From: Lingula anatina
Lineage: Eukaryota; Animalia; Brachiopoda
Direction: 5' to 3'
DNA length: 64,000 bases
Assembly: GCA_051362555.1 (NCBI GenBank)
Contig: CM120640.1
Span: 39,100,788-39,164,787 of the forward strand
Position 1 is the first letter of the stretch, and each line of letters opens with the position of its first letter. Both the position numbers and the translations under genes were made by a program. Shown here in pieces: positions 37,160 through 51,524 of the stretch. The notes beneath the pieces are model-generated. The model was not told the DNA's origin, did not search any database, and saw only the letters and a list, made by a program, of their open reading frames with translations.

Positions 37160-39269
37160 GTAAGTGTCAGTGCTTTATTTAGCAATCACGTCTTTCTGTC
37201 CCCTTCCCTTCTCGATTTTTTTCTATTTTATCATACATTTCAGCACAGCTTTAAGTACAATTACAAAGTCTTGACGCTCTTCCTTTGTTTGTTCCTCGTA
37301 GCTATTTGTCCATTGTGTTTCTCGACAGGTTCTGGAAATATTTTATTCGTTCCCTATATGTTTGATATGCTCTGTTAGTTCAAAGATGTTCTGTTTTTGA
37401 CATATTTATTATTTCGATGAAACGCATTAAAATATTTGCCAATAAACGACAATTATATTTAACGTTTCATCACATAAAGTTGTAGTATCAACATTTGTGG
37501 GCGATAGGTTCCTTTGTATTGGGTAGTTATGACGAAAGGATTACTAGAATATTTAAACTAAGTACACAGCGGAAAGCAATGCTTGTTCATACACCAGTAT
37601 GGACACAGGCTTATAGTGACGGGAAAACAATATCCTTGGTTTTTCAGGAGTAAAAAGGGACAGAAAAAAAGCAATTACATGTGGAACAATGGGACTGAAA
37701 ATAGACATGAATGAATGAGCGCAGAAATTTGCAAACATAATTTTATATCTGAGTGTTACCACCAAATCAGTTGATCGGGCAGTGAAAGTACCTAGAAATG
37801 GTTTCGTCAATTTTTTGTCATATTTGTCTAATATGATTTGATCAAAATTGGTTTTTATTCAGCGTGTTCTTTGTAGCGAAAAACGCAGCTAAAAATAGCT
37901 ATTTCTGCCTTTAAGAAAAAAAATCGCTTTATCATCCGGTGTTCAAGTTGATGACCGTTTGTGTATTAACATTAAGTTGGCAAGAACACAATTACCAGTA
38001 TAAGTTGATGCTAAGCCATTGCAAGTTGCTTAGACTTCAATGTTAAGACGTAAATAAATCCACAACACGGGGCCGTTCCACAAAAGAACATAAGTTCAAA
38101 CGTTGGCATAAACTTTAAGATAATATTTTTATTACTTAAAAGAAGCATTGAGCCTCTTGAACAAAAAAATGACTTAAATGTACGTTTCAGGTTCATCGTT
38201 ACGTTACTTTATTATACTGGTACTTGACTACTAAAGTATACATGAACGCATGTAACTGATTTAACTTGATCGAAAAGGACCAAAATTGTGATCTAAAACT
38301 GAAGACCACTCCTTGGTTTGAAGTTTTTTTTTCCAACTTGCCCGAAGGCCTACTAATCACCGTGGTAATACGGCAGCAGTAGTGCATGACAACGTCTGTT
38401 TATTACAACAGCTATGAGGCTAATTCTGTGTGTAAACACGATTCTTTAGGAATCACGAATGAAATCCATTTTTCTGTCCTGAATTAACTTAATATAGTTC
38501 ATATTTGATTATCGCTTTTTACCAAAACATTTAGAGACCTATAGATGAAGGTTGCTATTTTTTATTGATCAGCACAGGCAAGAAAAACGTCGAAGATAGT
38601 CTTGCATTATGTGATGTATCGTACTCATTAGCACTCGGGTAAAATATCGACACTGAACTTATTTAGTAACAGTGCATAGACACGTTAAACACATTCCTTT
38701 TGTTTAACATATTAAAACATCATTATGGATGCTAATACGACCATTTTTTATCATTGTAAATGCTTATGCGACCGCTATTTTCATCGTTACGAATGCTTAT
38801 GCGTCCATTTTTTTCCTCACGCCTATATCACAGTTTTCACAAACCGCCTTAATGCCTCGTTACAGTCGAAAACAAATTCAATTTCAATGTTTCTTTATGT
38901 CGAAAGTAAATTTAGCAAAAAAACAGCAACAGCCTGTTCTATAAGTGAATGAGTTCTTTTGTGGAGTTATAAAGTACATTGTGGCAAATGTAACGGGGCC
39001 GTTTCTGTTAATCATGTTTCCAAAACTCAAACACAACAATCACACTTTTATTCAACCCTGCCTAGTATAAACATGGGAGTCTATCACAGCTACTGAATAC
39101 TTTGCAAGTGAACGTAATAAGGGTCGCCTGTGTCGAAGACGGACTTTTTATAATTTGTTAGGACTGTGAAATTTGATAGTTTTAAGTTGTGTCGGATAAA
39201 AGAAGCCTTGGAGACCGTATGGCAGACTCGCTTAGATCGAGTAGTAAAGTGACATTTCGGGTATTAACC

Positions 39270-39328
39270 ATGTCGGTCCGGGGAGCCACCCCATCACGCC
39301 GCACGAAATCTCCCGGAAAAGATCATGG
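39270..39328 (+). CDS. Candidate alternative first exon V5 (MSVRGATPSRRTKSPGKDH-G)
   Basis: accATG to CATGG|gtgagt; 59 nt, phase 2. Confidence 0.6.
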
Positions 39329-39917
39329 GTGAGTTTATGAAGTAAAACATTTGTGATGCTCTTCTGAAGGGATTTTTATTCGTTTTAGAAATACTCTGAT
39401 TTTGCTAATTAATTTAATGGAAAGACTGTAGGGCGCATCTCTACTTTGATGTTAGGACCGTTCTGTATTGTAACATTGATAGATGTTTTACTACATGATA
39501 TAGTGGTAGTTTTGTATTTAGTTGTCAAAACAAGAGACACAATTAAATCTCAGGCAAAATTATAATTTTGGTTTTTAAAAATTGAAACTCCAAAATGCTT
39601 TTCTGGCTAGTTCAAGGTGTTTTCTTCGAAGGTTTTGCTGTATATCAGCTTAAGATGCTCTAAGAGCCCAGTATGAAGTCTGGCAATGTCGCTCATATGA
39701 GAAATATGTAGATGCATTGCACCACAAGTAATATGGGGCAGTTTGTTTGTCCTTGTTTATCTTACCTGTGGGACAATTGTTCGCTAATTACACTGACCAG
39801 GGTTTCACCTATATTGCTATTACAGCTACATAAACAAACCGTTATTGTAATATCACCCTTAACCCATCCTTGGTTGGATTCTTATATTGGTATTAGGTAT
39901 AATTTTGTAACGGATTG

Positions 39918-40059
39918 CAGGCCCGTAGCTTCCTGGGGGGGGGGGGGGGGGGGGGGGTCGAAAGAACCGCCCTTCTTGCCGAGAAAAGGTTCCTTCTGGG
40001 AAAGATGAATCTAGGTATACCCCCCCCCCCCCCTTTTGAAATTGCTTGCTACGGGCCTG
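39918..40059. mobile_element. MITE with 12-bp TIRs, internal poly-G/poly-C and a 5-bp TSD
   Basis: caggcccgtagc ... gctacgggcctg, flanked by GATTG at 39913-39917 and 40060-40064. Confidence 0.85.
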
Positions 40060-41924
40060 GATTGTACACATACGCATCGCCCGCAGCAAGTGACTAAATT
40101 TCCAGTTCGTATTTCAAAATTCCAACAGTGAGTTCAATATCGCGTGGTAGAAAAACTATTTTGATAGGTTTTCAAGTGAGAGGTGATGGTCTGCTTCATG
40201 TCCGTTAATACCATGAGGAGATTTCTATCAGTTAAATATTTAAAAAATTAAAAAGCGCTTAGTAGACTTTGCGATGCACGTGTCCCTTCTCTGTCACTTT
40301 TCAGAAAGTGATATCAAAATATTATAGCCCCGTTCATGAGAGTAATGGTGGAAATTATACCTAAAATACATAAACTATCAGGTTAAGAAAGCCCCTCTAA
40401 ATAGATAATTTTAGACAAAAAAAAGTAGATCAAAAACCATAGTCAAAATCGATGCATCATTTCATTTAATGAACTTTACCTGCTCGGGGTTAGCTTCGGC
40501 ATTGTAGAATTATATATTGATTTAAGGGTGTCGCTGACGGAATAATCAATGACCACAGGGGTACAAATACAACTGACCATAACATCCACACGACAATACT
40601 GTTATAATGAATTGCCACAACAGTCGACTCAAATCAGTGTAGGTTTAATGTGTTCGTAATCTTCACTTTTGTAGCCAGTTAAAAGAATAACCCAGGTTTC
40701 GTCGGTAAGGCTTTGTATAGCGCTAACACTGCTTACGTTGACGGGTGACATTTATCAAAATAAGGTAGAATCACAAAGTAAACAATTATTCTGCGAAAAG
40801 GGTTTTCCTAATTTTACACCTCATTGCTTGAAGTGGGGGCGGTGTTACAGTATGACATCATCTGGATGAAGTTCTACTTGTTTACCTTGTAAAAATTGCT
40901 GAGATAATAAAAAAATTATTAAGGTTTCAGTTAAGCAGTTTATCACTTTGTATTACAAGATTTTGAAAAAAAAAATATGTTTCAAAGTTGACATGACAAC
41001 TCCATGTAAATGTTTGATCCAAACAGCAACCTCAACAATAACGGAAAGAAAACGCTAGATACCGTATAAAATATAACATATTAAAAATGAGGCTACCACT
41101 GGCATAAAATAACTTCATTTGAGGATATGGTTATTTTCACAAATAGCAGTGACTTGGAGTATAGCCCTCAGGTAAAAACTGTCAGTTTACCAGCGTCGCC
41201 TGCACCACCTGTCATAAACGAGAAATGATCTTTAACCTTTCCACGCCAATAAAAACGTAGCTACCTGGTCACGCTTACAATTGCCGTTGTGTTTGATTTG
41301 TCTCCAGCAAATCATTGCTGTTTGATATCAGTGAAGTTTATCGATATTTTACCCACGTGTATACATTAATGTGATGACTACCACAGTTTAAAATGGTTGG
41401 CGGCGGTAAAGTGGACCGAAGGACATCTGTTAGTTCCAGAGTGGGATCCGCAAAAGGGTGGGTGTTGCTAAGATGCCGTCATTGATCCGTTTTTGCCGTA
41501 TTATACTGTAGAGTGGATTCAGTCCCACCGGATACAGTGTGTAGATCATTTGGTGTTCACTGTCACGAGAGTCAAGTGTCATAAAGTCATTATATCCAAT
41601 TCACGTATACATTTTAGAAGATAATATAAAATGTTTTAATCGCAATGTTTACTGCTGGTAGATGAAGAACTGGTGGTGTATAAATAGGCCTACGTAAACA
41701 TTGCTCTCACATTCACTATATATGATTGAAGGAGTAGGCCCATCGTTATTGATTTGGTAAAAACATTCCACTGTTAACAATCAGCAAATTGCTTAAAAAG
41801 ATAACGTTCAAGTTATTATTCTGATAACCAAATGTTTGTTCGCTATTCTTTCAAAGGGGTGATATTTTTCAGAAGTTGGATTACAAGTGTGTTGTATTGG
41901 AATAACGTTTATTTTAATGATGCA

Positions 41925-42281
41925 TTAAAGGGATAATAACTCTTCATTTTGGCCAAAAAATGAATTTTCCTGGAGTAAACAACAATTTCCGCATACTTAC
42001 TAATGGTTAATGAATCCATTTTTACATTCAAAGTATTAGTCCCTGGTTTTTTTTTTTTTTTTTCTAAAAAGTTTGTTTTTTTGTTAAAATCTCTTAAGAG
42101 ATTATAACAGAGTATAGCCATCAATGGAGGTCACATGGTCCGAAGACAAGCTCAGATATCAGAATAATAGCTATAACTGCCGTTTTTGTGGTAAAACAGA
42201 ATATATTATATTTCTATGACTTGTTCACAATGTTTTTATTGTGAAATATAGATCTCATACGAAGAGTTATTATCCCTTTAA
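41925..42281. mobile_element. TTAA-flanked MITE (Kolobok/T2-MITE-like termini)
   Basis: Perfect inverted ends ttaaagggataataactcttc ... gaagagttattatccctttaa; a second copy is at 21438-21787. Confidence 0.88.
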
Positions 42282-42418
42282 GTATTAGACAGCAATTCAT
42301 TCTCACCTTGTATATTCAACCAATAATGTAGGTTTATATTTTTGTTCATTTAAGTTAGTTTAAAGAGTGAGGGGAAATGTGTAAGGGTCACAACTATCGC
42401 AATCGCTAGTAATTTCAA

Positions 42419-42670
42419 TAGAGACTAGGTTCCCATCTCTAGATCGATCTAATAGGATCCGTCCATCTCCACGGGGTCCCTCGCTAAATTGCTTTCAGCC
42501 CAAGCGGCTTAGACGTCTGGGACGCCCACTAAAGCTGCTAAACGATAGTTAATTACCCCCTGTCAGCCTCAGCTGGCGTGACAGACATCTAAGCCGCCCA
42601 AGTTAATTGCAATATTAAGCGAGAATCCCCTCGAAGATAGTTCGATCCAAAGTTAATACGATAGTCTCTA
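42419..42670. mobile_element. Possible MITE
   Basis: Short TIRs tagagacta ... tagtctcta enclose a GC-richer interior with internal inverted motifs (gcggcttaga.gtctg / cagacatctaagccgc). Confidence 0.5.
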
Positions 42671-42774
42671 GGAATGGCATCATAGTACGTATACATACGA
42701 CCACACCACACGCACACAGACAGAAAAAAAATCAAAATCAGTCATTCATCTCACAAACACACGTGCACACACAC

Positions 42775-42776
<2 letters not shown>

Positions 42777-42820
<44 letters not shown>
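42777..42820. repeat. (AG)n microsatellite
   Basis: Directly visible. Confidence 0.9.
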
Positions 42821-42821
<1 letters not shown>

Positions 42822-44458
42822 GTGTTTCTCTTGACACCTACACTTACTGAAATTAACTTGTCTCATATACAAATACACACGCAATCAATCAAGGTTTTGC
42901 AGGGAATATTGACAAGTAGCCATTACCATGTGTTGGACATAAGTACTGCGGCAAGCCAAACACAAAGAGACATTTTAGCTTTGAATGGGAGAGTGAAGCC
43001 TCCATTTATTGCTAAGTAGATATCTCAGTTCAGCTGGGCACCCATTGTTTTTCAATCTGCTATGATTGATTTGAAAGCTTTTACGGCTATCTCCAGGCTT
43101 TTAATCCATCCTTTTCAAGGTAATATGCAGTTATAGGTCTGTCAAACTAAGTGCTATCGCTTACTGCACAGGTGATCTTAAAAGAGGTATTTCGAATCGG
43201 AGAATGCATTGCTTCAAACCTGGCAAGTCCTTCTGTATATTGTCCGCTCTCCTGTGTACGAGTCTCAGTTTTACAAGGTTTGATACAGACATTCGAAGAA
43301 TCAGAGGTGTATTTTCCATGAAAATTGGGCAGTGAAGCATCATTGCTGTTGACGCTTGAATGTGTCATCACGGGTTTGATATCTTAGTTACGGCGGGCCT
43401 TCAGAGATTTCCTATTGATCCTGCCTTTGTTTTTCGCAGTACCTGTTAGTCAATACGTACGTGTTGCAACGGAACTGGCTCACTAATTTGACTTATGTCT
43501 GTTGACTGAATAACAAACAAAACAGCAAAAAGTTTACAACGAAAACAGCCGTAGTTAAATATTATTTTACAAGGGCATGGTGTAGACATACACCAGGACG
43601 GCCTCCTAAGGGTATTGACTAACACAGTGGTGCGAAGCCGAATTTCTTATTGACGGAAAGAGAAGGGCCAGTCTAAATTATGTAAGAAGTGGATTTGACA
43701 TATCACCAGGTAGCATTGTGTCGGATTAATTGTGACGAATGAATACGCCGTGATACATTATTGTAGTTCAGCCCCGTGGATCACGCTGTGGGAAATCTGT
43801 CGCTGGTGCGTTACTAAGCGGTTTGATGTTTGGACAACATTACAAGATTCATAAGGCAATAAAAAACTCAAAAAGGGGGCGGTGATTTACTGTGATTACC
43901 GTGCGAGGTCAGATTATTTTAAGGACGTGGTCCAAAGGACGTTTTCCTCACATGGTGGTATGTCTCTGGAAAAAGGCAAAAATTGCCTGTAAAAGTCGAC
44001 ACTTTACTGGGAGACAGCCGCATGTGGAAAGATTTCATATCACATACTTCGATATCTAAATACAATTCTTTCAATCAGTTTGAGGGGAATTTCACTGAGA
44101 GGACAAATTGGAAGTAATATCTTGATCGGAAAATAATTCTTCACGGACAGTAAAATTAACATGCGACAGAGAACTGCTAATGGACAAATATAGGTAAAAG
44201 TCATTGAACGTGATCGCATACACGCCACAGTACTGCTTAAAATTGGGAAAGACGTTTCTCCCCTGTTTACAGTTATTTTGTTTCAGTCTGTAAAAATAAA
44301 GAAACGAGGTCAGTGGCTTTCTGTAACAAAAAAAGAAGTTGACTATGGAATGGCGTAACACTTAGAACAGTGCAAAGCCCAGCGAACTGGAAACATCCGC
44401 ACCTACCCAACATACACCCCGGCCAGTTTAACGAAAGCTACCGTCTGACAGGCTCAAG

Positions 44459-44610
44459 ATGTCTTCGAGGGGAGGAGGAGGAGGAATGACATTACTGACG
44501 CCCACACCCCAGGATCGGCCTCGGTCAGGTCGACCGGTGTCAGGGAGACCTCGGAGCGCTAGGAGATGTCGACCCGTCTCGGCTAGAAAAGAAACACACG
44601 AGACTGTGGT
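44459..44610 (+). CDS. Candidate alternative first exon V6 (MSSRGGGGGMTLLTPTPQDRPRSGRPVSGRPRSARRCRPVSARKETHETV-V)
   Basis: aagATG to GTGGT|gtaagt; 152 nt, phase 2; four RPxS(G/A) repeats. Absent from the ORF track because it is under 60 aa. Confidence 0.68.
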
Positions 44611-47123
44611 GTAAGTTTTTTTTAATTCAATCAGAAACGTCTAAGTCTTTTGTGCAGTATTACTTGTATGTGCCACATGGCTGGCTTGAGACCGACGGAG
44701 CAACAAAACCCAATATGGATGTGTTGTTGGTTTAATCGACGTCTTTGGGTATACAGAGAGAAATATAATTCTTTGGTAATTAGGGATATGCATTAGACGT
44801 TAGTGAACGTGCTCAAATTCATAAACACTTTTCGTGACTGTTCATGTATTCAAAAACTGTTTCGTTCCTGTGGTTTATTTATTTGGCGCACAATGTAATT
44901 TATCAAGCTTTTTCGGTTAAAAAGTGAACAACGGTTTTCTGAGATCTAGATTTTCCTGGGTATGTTTCCTCGATTTTTCTTAACGTGGTAGCAGTTTTCC
45001 CAGGGTCAAAAGAAATATTTCTGTCAAATGAACCTATAGTTTTTTGTATGGCAACAGGTGTGTAGGCTTCAAAAGTTTTATATATCGTTGTTTAATGTCG
45101 GGGGAATATTACAAAAATTCCTGACAGGTTTTCTGTTTCTCAGTGTGACTGCAGCATACCCCTCTCCGCCCTTCCCATATTGGCCATGCGAATATGGTTA
45201 TATACATGTAGATCATCTATTTTGATGATGTAGGCAAACTGTTTATTCTACACTTTAAGTAGATAGCATCTGAGCATTCTAACTGTGAGGGAACGCATGA
45301 AGGCGTTTTAGAGGAAGTTTTTAGAATTGTATATAACCAACCTAGATTAGAAATTTTACAATGATTTCAATAATTGCAGTCTAATAAGAAGCCTAGATTA
45401 AAACCTCTCTAGACATCTCCGTATGCTCAGCTTAAATGTCAAGGAGTTTCATTTGTTTTTTATCACAAGTTTCTTATTACGTGACCAATCTACCCTTTTA
45501 AGTGAGCTCTTGAAGCTTGCACCCTAAAACAAAATATGCACTGGGGCAGTATACATTCTTGTTTTTGTCTGTGTCATTATCAAGGTGAAAAATGTTCTTG
45601 TAGTCGCTTCATTCAATACCGTTTCCTCTATATGCTGATCTCTTATAAGGCTTTTAGCATTTACAGAGCACTGTAGCGGAGACTAGACGCATTGCACTGT
45701 CGACAAAACCGTTTTTCTGAGCCGCGAGTAGGCTACCCTGGTTTCCGTGAACGGTTTTCCAAGTTTTTCGAGTGCCACCTGTGATAAGAAGCATTGACAA
45801 GTGGTTCATAAGCAGTTTCTAACTGAGACGAGGCAATGCTTTCATGTGCTTTGCATTGTGTGGCATACGTAGTATCTTTATTACCTGTAGGTAATAGTGG
45901 TAAAGGGTGGGGTAAAGATTTATTAAAGATGGGACCGAGATTATAGGGGGTTCCTCTTTTTTGTTGCGGGTCAGCGTGATCGTTTTTCTTCGTTTATCAG
46001 TTATGAAATTTCGCTACAAGATAGCGTCTTTATAAGTCAAGCAATCGAAAACTCACTAGATATATCTCTCCTAGGTGATAAATGCGAGGGGGGTAATTAC
46101 ATGTGGATTTTACTGATCCACAAAGTCAGTTAAATTAATCCGACCTGTCTATCACAAATTGGGGACACTTTATCATAGATTATATTGTCATACCACCGCA
46201 CCGGTGGCATTTGATATTCTTAATGTCGAGCTAAGTACCTTGTCCAAATTCCCCCTGCATGGCTCAGAGGCTCGATCTTCACCCCTTGCTACTGTACACA
46301 AAGAGACAGCAAGCTGAGCCGACTTGATCGGAGAAACACTCCACTTCACTTGCGACAGTTCATCCACAACACCGGCGTTTCTACATGCACATACAGTGGT
46401 CTACATGGACAGTTGCTTGTTTCACCTATAGGACTGGGGTTGTGACTTGTTTAAGTTGCTGACTGGATGGACAGGACAACTTGATTCAAAAATGAAGTGA
46501 AGAGATACAGCTATGTTTAGCATACATGCCGAAAGTGAAAAGCCCTCTGTGGACCCGTGTCACGCGTTGCCGGGGAATTTAGAAATGTTATGACCAGTTG
46601 CAAGGCAAATTGAAAGGCATTGCTGAATTCAACCGAAGGGACCATTTACTTTTTAAACGGGCATGAAGAACAGGCAATAAGTTGTTTTCTAATTGCTCAA
46701 CATATGGCATCGGTACCTTTTGAAGGCACTTGTCGATTTATCGTCAAAATTGTAGTGGATCAACTCTCCTGATGACTGACTATACAATTGAAAGTGGAAA
46801 AGCACTGATAGGCAAAGAAATATCTGCGAGCTTTTTAGTCGCTATATCTTCACAGGGAACACAGTCGTAGCAAGAACCAGCGATGTTTTGTCGAATTTTA
46901 AAAAAACTAAACAGCTGAAACTTTATACCCCGGACATACGCTAAACATAAAACGCACTAACAGCTAGTGAACTTATACAACGTGTAGAATTTGATACGTA
47001 AATGATTTCTTTGTGCAACGCACTTAATTGAAATATCAGGAACTGTGGTAAGTTTTTATTTTCGCGAGCACAACACTACAAAGTCATAAGGATTGACGCA
47101 AGTTTGCTCAAAACACCAAGGGG

Positions 47124-47320
47124 ATGAGTTTTCCTGGAAGTCGGAGACACACAGTCCATCTGACAGGCGATAAGGCTTCTGTAGGCCTTGTGCCCCCGGT
47201 TAGCGGGAGTGGAGGGGGTCTTCGCACGCACGGGAAAGGAAGACTCAGTCTCGATTCTCAGTACATTTCTACAAATAACGAGTCCAGGAGAAACAACAGC
47301 AGAAGGGGCACTCAGCAGTG
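47124..47320 (+). CDS. Candidate alternative first exon V7 (65 aa, MSFPGSRRHTVHL...RRGTQQ-W)
   Basis: gggATG to CAGTG|gtgagt; 197 nt, phase 2. Confidence 0.68.
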
Positions 47321-49320
47321 GTGAGTTGTGCAGTTGGACTCTACGATTTATGTATTATCTAAGTACCGCTAAGTGTCTGTTATATTTTCACTGAAAAAAA
47401 TCCCATAACTTACAGTGGATACGATCTGGTAATAAAAGGCATTGATTTAGTTATCAAGGTCATCGATCATGAGTAAATACAAGAGATGGATCAGTTTACC
47501 GGCGACAAAGATTATTTAGCGAACTAGACCAGCATATTTGGTCCTATGACGGTGACAAGCTATTTTCACCAGCTATTTTTGTCAGCTGATGGCAAACAGA
47601 CTTTTATCTTTGAACTCGAGCACTGCAACGTGCATATTGTTATTTTCAATATAGTTCAAAGTTAAATGTACATTTTCTGTTGAAACACTAACTCTTTTTT
47701 CTCCAAAATTGACAAAAAATTTATAGAAAGTACGAAATGGTGAAAAACAAACAAGTGAATGTTATACCATTTCAATGTGGTTTCAAACGACCAAAAGTCA
47801 ACCAATTACTTCCAATCATAGCCTAGCTACGCTATAGCACTGTCAATAATGACACACCCACCCCTAATAATAATCACGCGCTGTTTTAGAAATATAAAAA
47901 GAGCCCATGCGTGTCTTTGTGTTTTGATCCGTTTGTCACCAAGCAGCGTCATGAAAGATGTCACCTGACGTCGGCGTAACGCGAGGATCTTCTATTGATT
48001 TATCGTCACTGATCAGTGATGGATGAGACGGTGATAAGGAGAAGTTGAGATTACGCAGAGTTTACCTGTCATCACTTATCAGACCATCTGTTTGTTTGCT
48101 GCATAAGTGGTGTGTAAACAGCAATTTTGTATAAGCTAATTTTGAATCACACTGTTTATTCAGGTACAGTAATGATATTGCTTGCACAGGCTAATTACAT
48201 GTGATATTGCTCTTCTTTAGTGCCGCTTGTTTTAAACGAGACATTCTTATGTAAAATGTTTTATTTCTTTTAAGTAAAAGATCAAAACACTAATTCATTG
48301 ACAAAAGGACAATGCGTTTTGGAGCTGATTATAGCATTAAAAAGAGGGAAGGATTTAATGTATTTAATATACATAAAACAATCCTATTATTTACGCTTAT
48401 ATTACTACGTACCGCTCTCTGGAGAGTGGTTATAGAAAATGAGTGTATTTTCCTCTTGTTTCATTCTAGTAAATGCACATACACCAAAAAATGAAACAAA
48501 TGCATTTAATTTCTGGTTTTGTCACTTGGCAAATACACATCTGTACGAGCTTTTTCCCCGATATATTTGCTTCATCTTACTATGTACAGTATAGATTACG
48601 GTGTGATTACCTTGGGGAAATCATTTCAAAGCATCCTTACCGTGTGTGCGTGTAAACTCTCAAGACAATACAAATGAAGTCGTTTACCATAGCAGTCTCT
48701 TTGTAATAAGTGTGTTTTGAGCGCTTTCCGGAAGTACCTCAGCTGAGCTGCCAAAGTTGTGAACGTTGCAAGCAGGGGTTGTGGAAGCAGATTTAAGAAG
48801 GCCTGGTTTCATATCAGTCAAGTTAATAAGGATGCTTTTGGCGCAGATGCTATGTCGGTTTGCTAGATAACTATGTTGTTGGGAAAGATGAGCAATATTG
48901 TCGTTTTATCTTCGGTCCGTGTCGTCTGGACGGCGGCCGAGCTGGGGTCATTACCTGTTGGTTGTCATTAATTACCCTCTTGTGGACATTCAATATCAGT
49001 GACATGGTTCGTCGTTCAGAGATTGTCATGATTTAGTCGCAAAGTTGCAAAATTGGGATTGCAAATCGCCTTAAGTCTCTGAGCCAAAATTTTAATAAGA
49101 ACAGCAAGGACTAGTGAAATCTGATGCACGTCTTATCTCGGTAATCGCGTTAGGTTTTTTTAATGGAGAAAATATTCAATACAGTATGGATTACTCAGAT
49201 GACTGATGCATATGCAAGATAACAAAGAACGGCCAAACTTTTAATCCGCTTGATACCCGTGACAACGCTAGACTGGAGTGTTCCTCACGGAGGAGACGCG
49301 GTAGCTTTTTTGTTTTTAAG

Positions 49321-49463
49321 ATGTCGTCGGGGAACACGAGTCGTTCTTTCTCTCGCAATAGTTCACGTAGTGGAAGGTACAGCGTCAGCTTCAAAAATGA
49401 ACTTGGTCGATTGTCCGCCACACCCATTACTGGATACACTTCACAGGGGAGGCGGAGGAGGGG
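49321..49463 (+). CDS. Candidate alternative first coding exon V8 (MSSGNTSRSFSRNSSRSGRYSVSFKNELGRLSATPITGYTSQGRRRR-G)
   Basis: aagATG to AGGGG|gtaagg; 143 nt, phase 2. An X-box-like gatacccgtgacaac lies at 49252-49266. Confidence 0.65.
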
Positions 49464-51336
49464 GTAAGGAAATTAACCGATACCTTGATATGTTTAAGGA
49501 CGTTCTTCTGTATTTTGTGATGCAATATAATATATTTGGATAATAGATGAAAACAGTGCAATCAAAAAGGTGAAAAAGGGTGACAAGATTAGATAATTCT
49601 ATTTCTAAGTGGATATGTCACAAAAAGAGAAAAAAGATTTAGATCTGCAGTTTGGCTATCTAAGGTCAGCGTTACTCCACATGCTTTCTTTTAAGGTGTC
49701 CGATGACCCAAGCGTTCTTATTAAATGTTTCTATTTCAAATTCCGAAAATACAAAAAAACTGTATGCCAGATGTTCGTATAGAGAAAGAAAAGGTTTGGT
49801 TGATTTTTGTACTTTGTTAGCGCTGTTTGAAAGCAATAATGAACAGAATGCTTGGCTAGTTATTCAGTTGTATTTATGAAAAGAAACGTGCTGAAAGACG
49901 AATGTCGAGCTTTTGTGTCGTAGTCCATATGTTGAAAAAGACTGAGAAAAACAGCTTCATGTCATCACGAAAAACGGACTCAAACACGCGTTTTAATCTT
50001 TTCTTTGTCAAAAAATGACAAATGTTTCGAAGGTCAGGGCTTGAGTTTGTTTTTATATCTAACGCTTGCTGTTGCACCAGATGAACTACTACATGAGTTT
50101 ATGTATACCAAGCGGCACACGCCACATTAAGAAATGAGTAAAACACACTTAAAACACATTATAAGCCATTACTTCGGGACCGAATCATTGAAAAGACGAT
50201 TGCAGTAAATCATTGGAACAACATCCAAATTAAGGAAAAGACCAATGAACAATCAGTTCGAAAGTCGCTGCGTATCAGTCTTGTGGAGATAAGACTTTAT
50301 TAACATGAGGTGGGATTAGAGCGTGGCGGGATTATTATTATCCTACAGCTATATTGAACCTAGAGATATAGGTCGTCATGTATAGTTACTGACAACAAGG
50401 GAATCACATTGTTCTGAGGCTGTGTTTTTTTTTAATGGACGGTTTTCTCTTTGGATTTTCTTCGTCGTTCGTGACAATAGAAACTTATAGAGGATTGGCA
50501 GATTTTCTACAGAAAATCTTGTAGCTAAAAGCCAGTTGACGGTTCTTGAAAACAAGCATACAACTTGTGTGGGCAAGCGAGTGTGACAGAAGTGAACGAC
50601 AAGAAGTGTTTTATTTTCTGGACAGACTGAAGCTGTGAAGCATTTTGAATAGTTTCATTGTACGTTAACCGCCTGAATGAATTCAGCGCCATCGACCCTG
50701 ATAATTCCACTTTATTGCTACAGATAAAACTAAGCGCTTCATACTTTCGGCAATACTCTCACGTCCAGGGGATTTATTACGATGACTTCAATGAATGATG
50801 TGAGAAATATCAAACAATAGTATTGTCATAACACAAGTCGCTAGGGATCACGCTAGAGTTGACAAAGAATTTCATGCAGTTTACATAATAAATCCTCACT
50901 CAGAAATGGGATATTTGATGAAACATTTATTAGTGCTATCCGGTTGATTGTTATTATGTTGTATTCGGAAACGATAGAAGTCATGGATGCCGTACAAATA
51001 GGTGTTTACGATGTGTGAGACATTAGCCTGCGTGGACAGAATAAGCAACAGTGATTTCTGGTCAGGATGCGAGAATTTCCATGGATTACAGTATATAGAG
51101 TATTACTGTATGAGCAGTGGTGCACGTGGATTTACGATTTCAAAACTGTGACAATTCTGTACGTTATAAGCACAAGAAGGTGATCCATAAAAATTAACAT
51201 AGAAGATGGACATTTGCTAAATGAAATTTGACTGAGTTTTCATTCAGGAGGATTTCAAAGCTTTCACTTCGGTACTAGTGCAGTTGCAGTTGATGGGTTG
51301 CTGTGCTTATGAACTTAAGAGAAATAACTGAGTAAA

Positions 51337-51524
51337 ATGGCGAGCTCGGAGGCTGACAGCCCCGCCCGAAAGCGGCAATCCCGACAGGGCATCAGGCGCG
51401 ATTTGTTCCTTCCCTCCTTACCCATGACGCCGGAGGAAACGCCAAATCAGCGTCCAAGTGACAGGCGATCGTCTGCATTTGGGAGTCGGAGGAGATCAAA
51501 TGTTACGTTTGTCTCGTTACACAG
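51337..51524 (+). CDS. Candidate alternative first exon V9 (62 aa, MASSEADSPARKRQS...RRRSNVTFVSLH-R)
   Basis: aaaATGG to ACAG|gtggtt; 188 nt, phase 2 (weaker donor). Confidence 0.6.

Noticed and set aside
41127-41171. Another ATG..CAG|gtaaaa candidate first exon in the array
   Set aside because: It is 45 nt (phase 0), so it is incompatible with ADGB exon 2, and it is not compositionally coding-like.
47002-47053. Strong donor CTGTG|gtaagt at ~47048
   Set aside because: The nearest upstream ATG frame closes before the donor, so it is at most a non-coding exon and I cannot support it.
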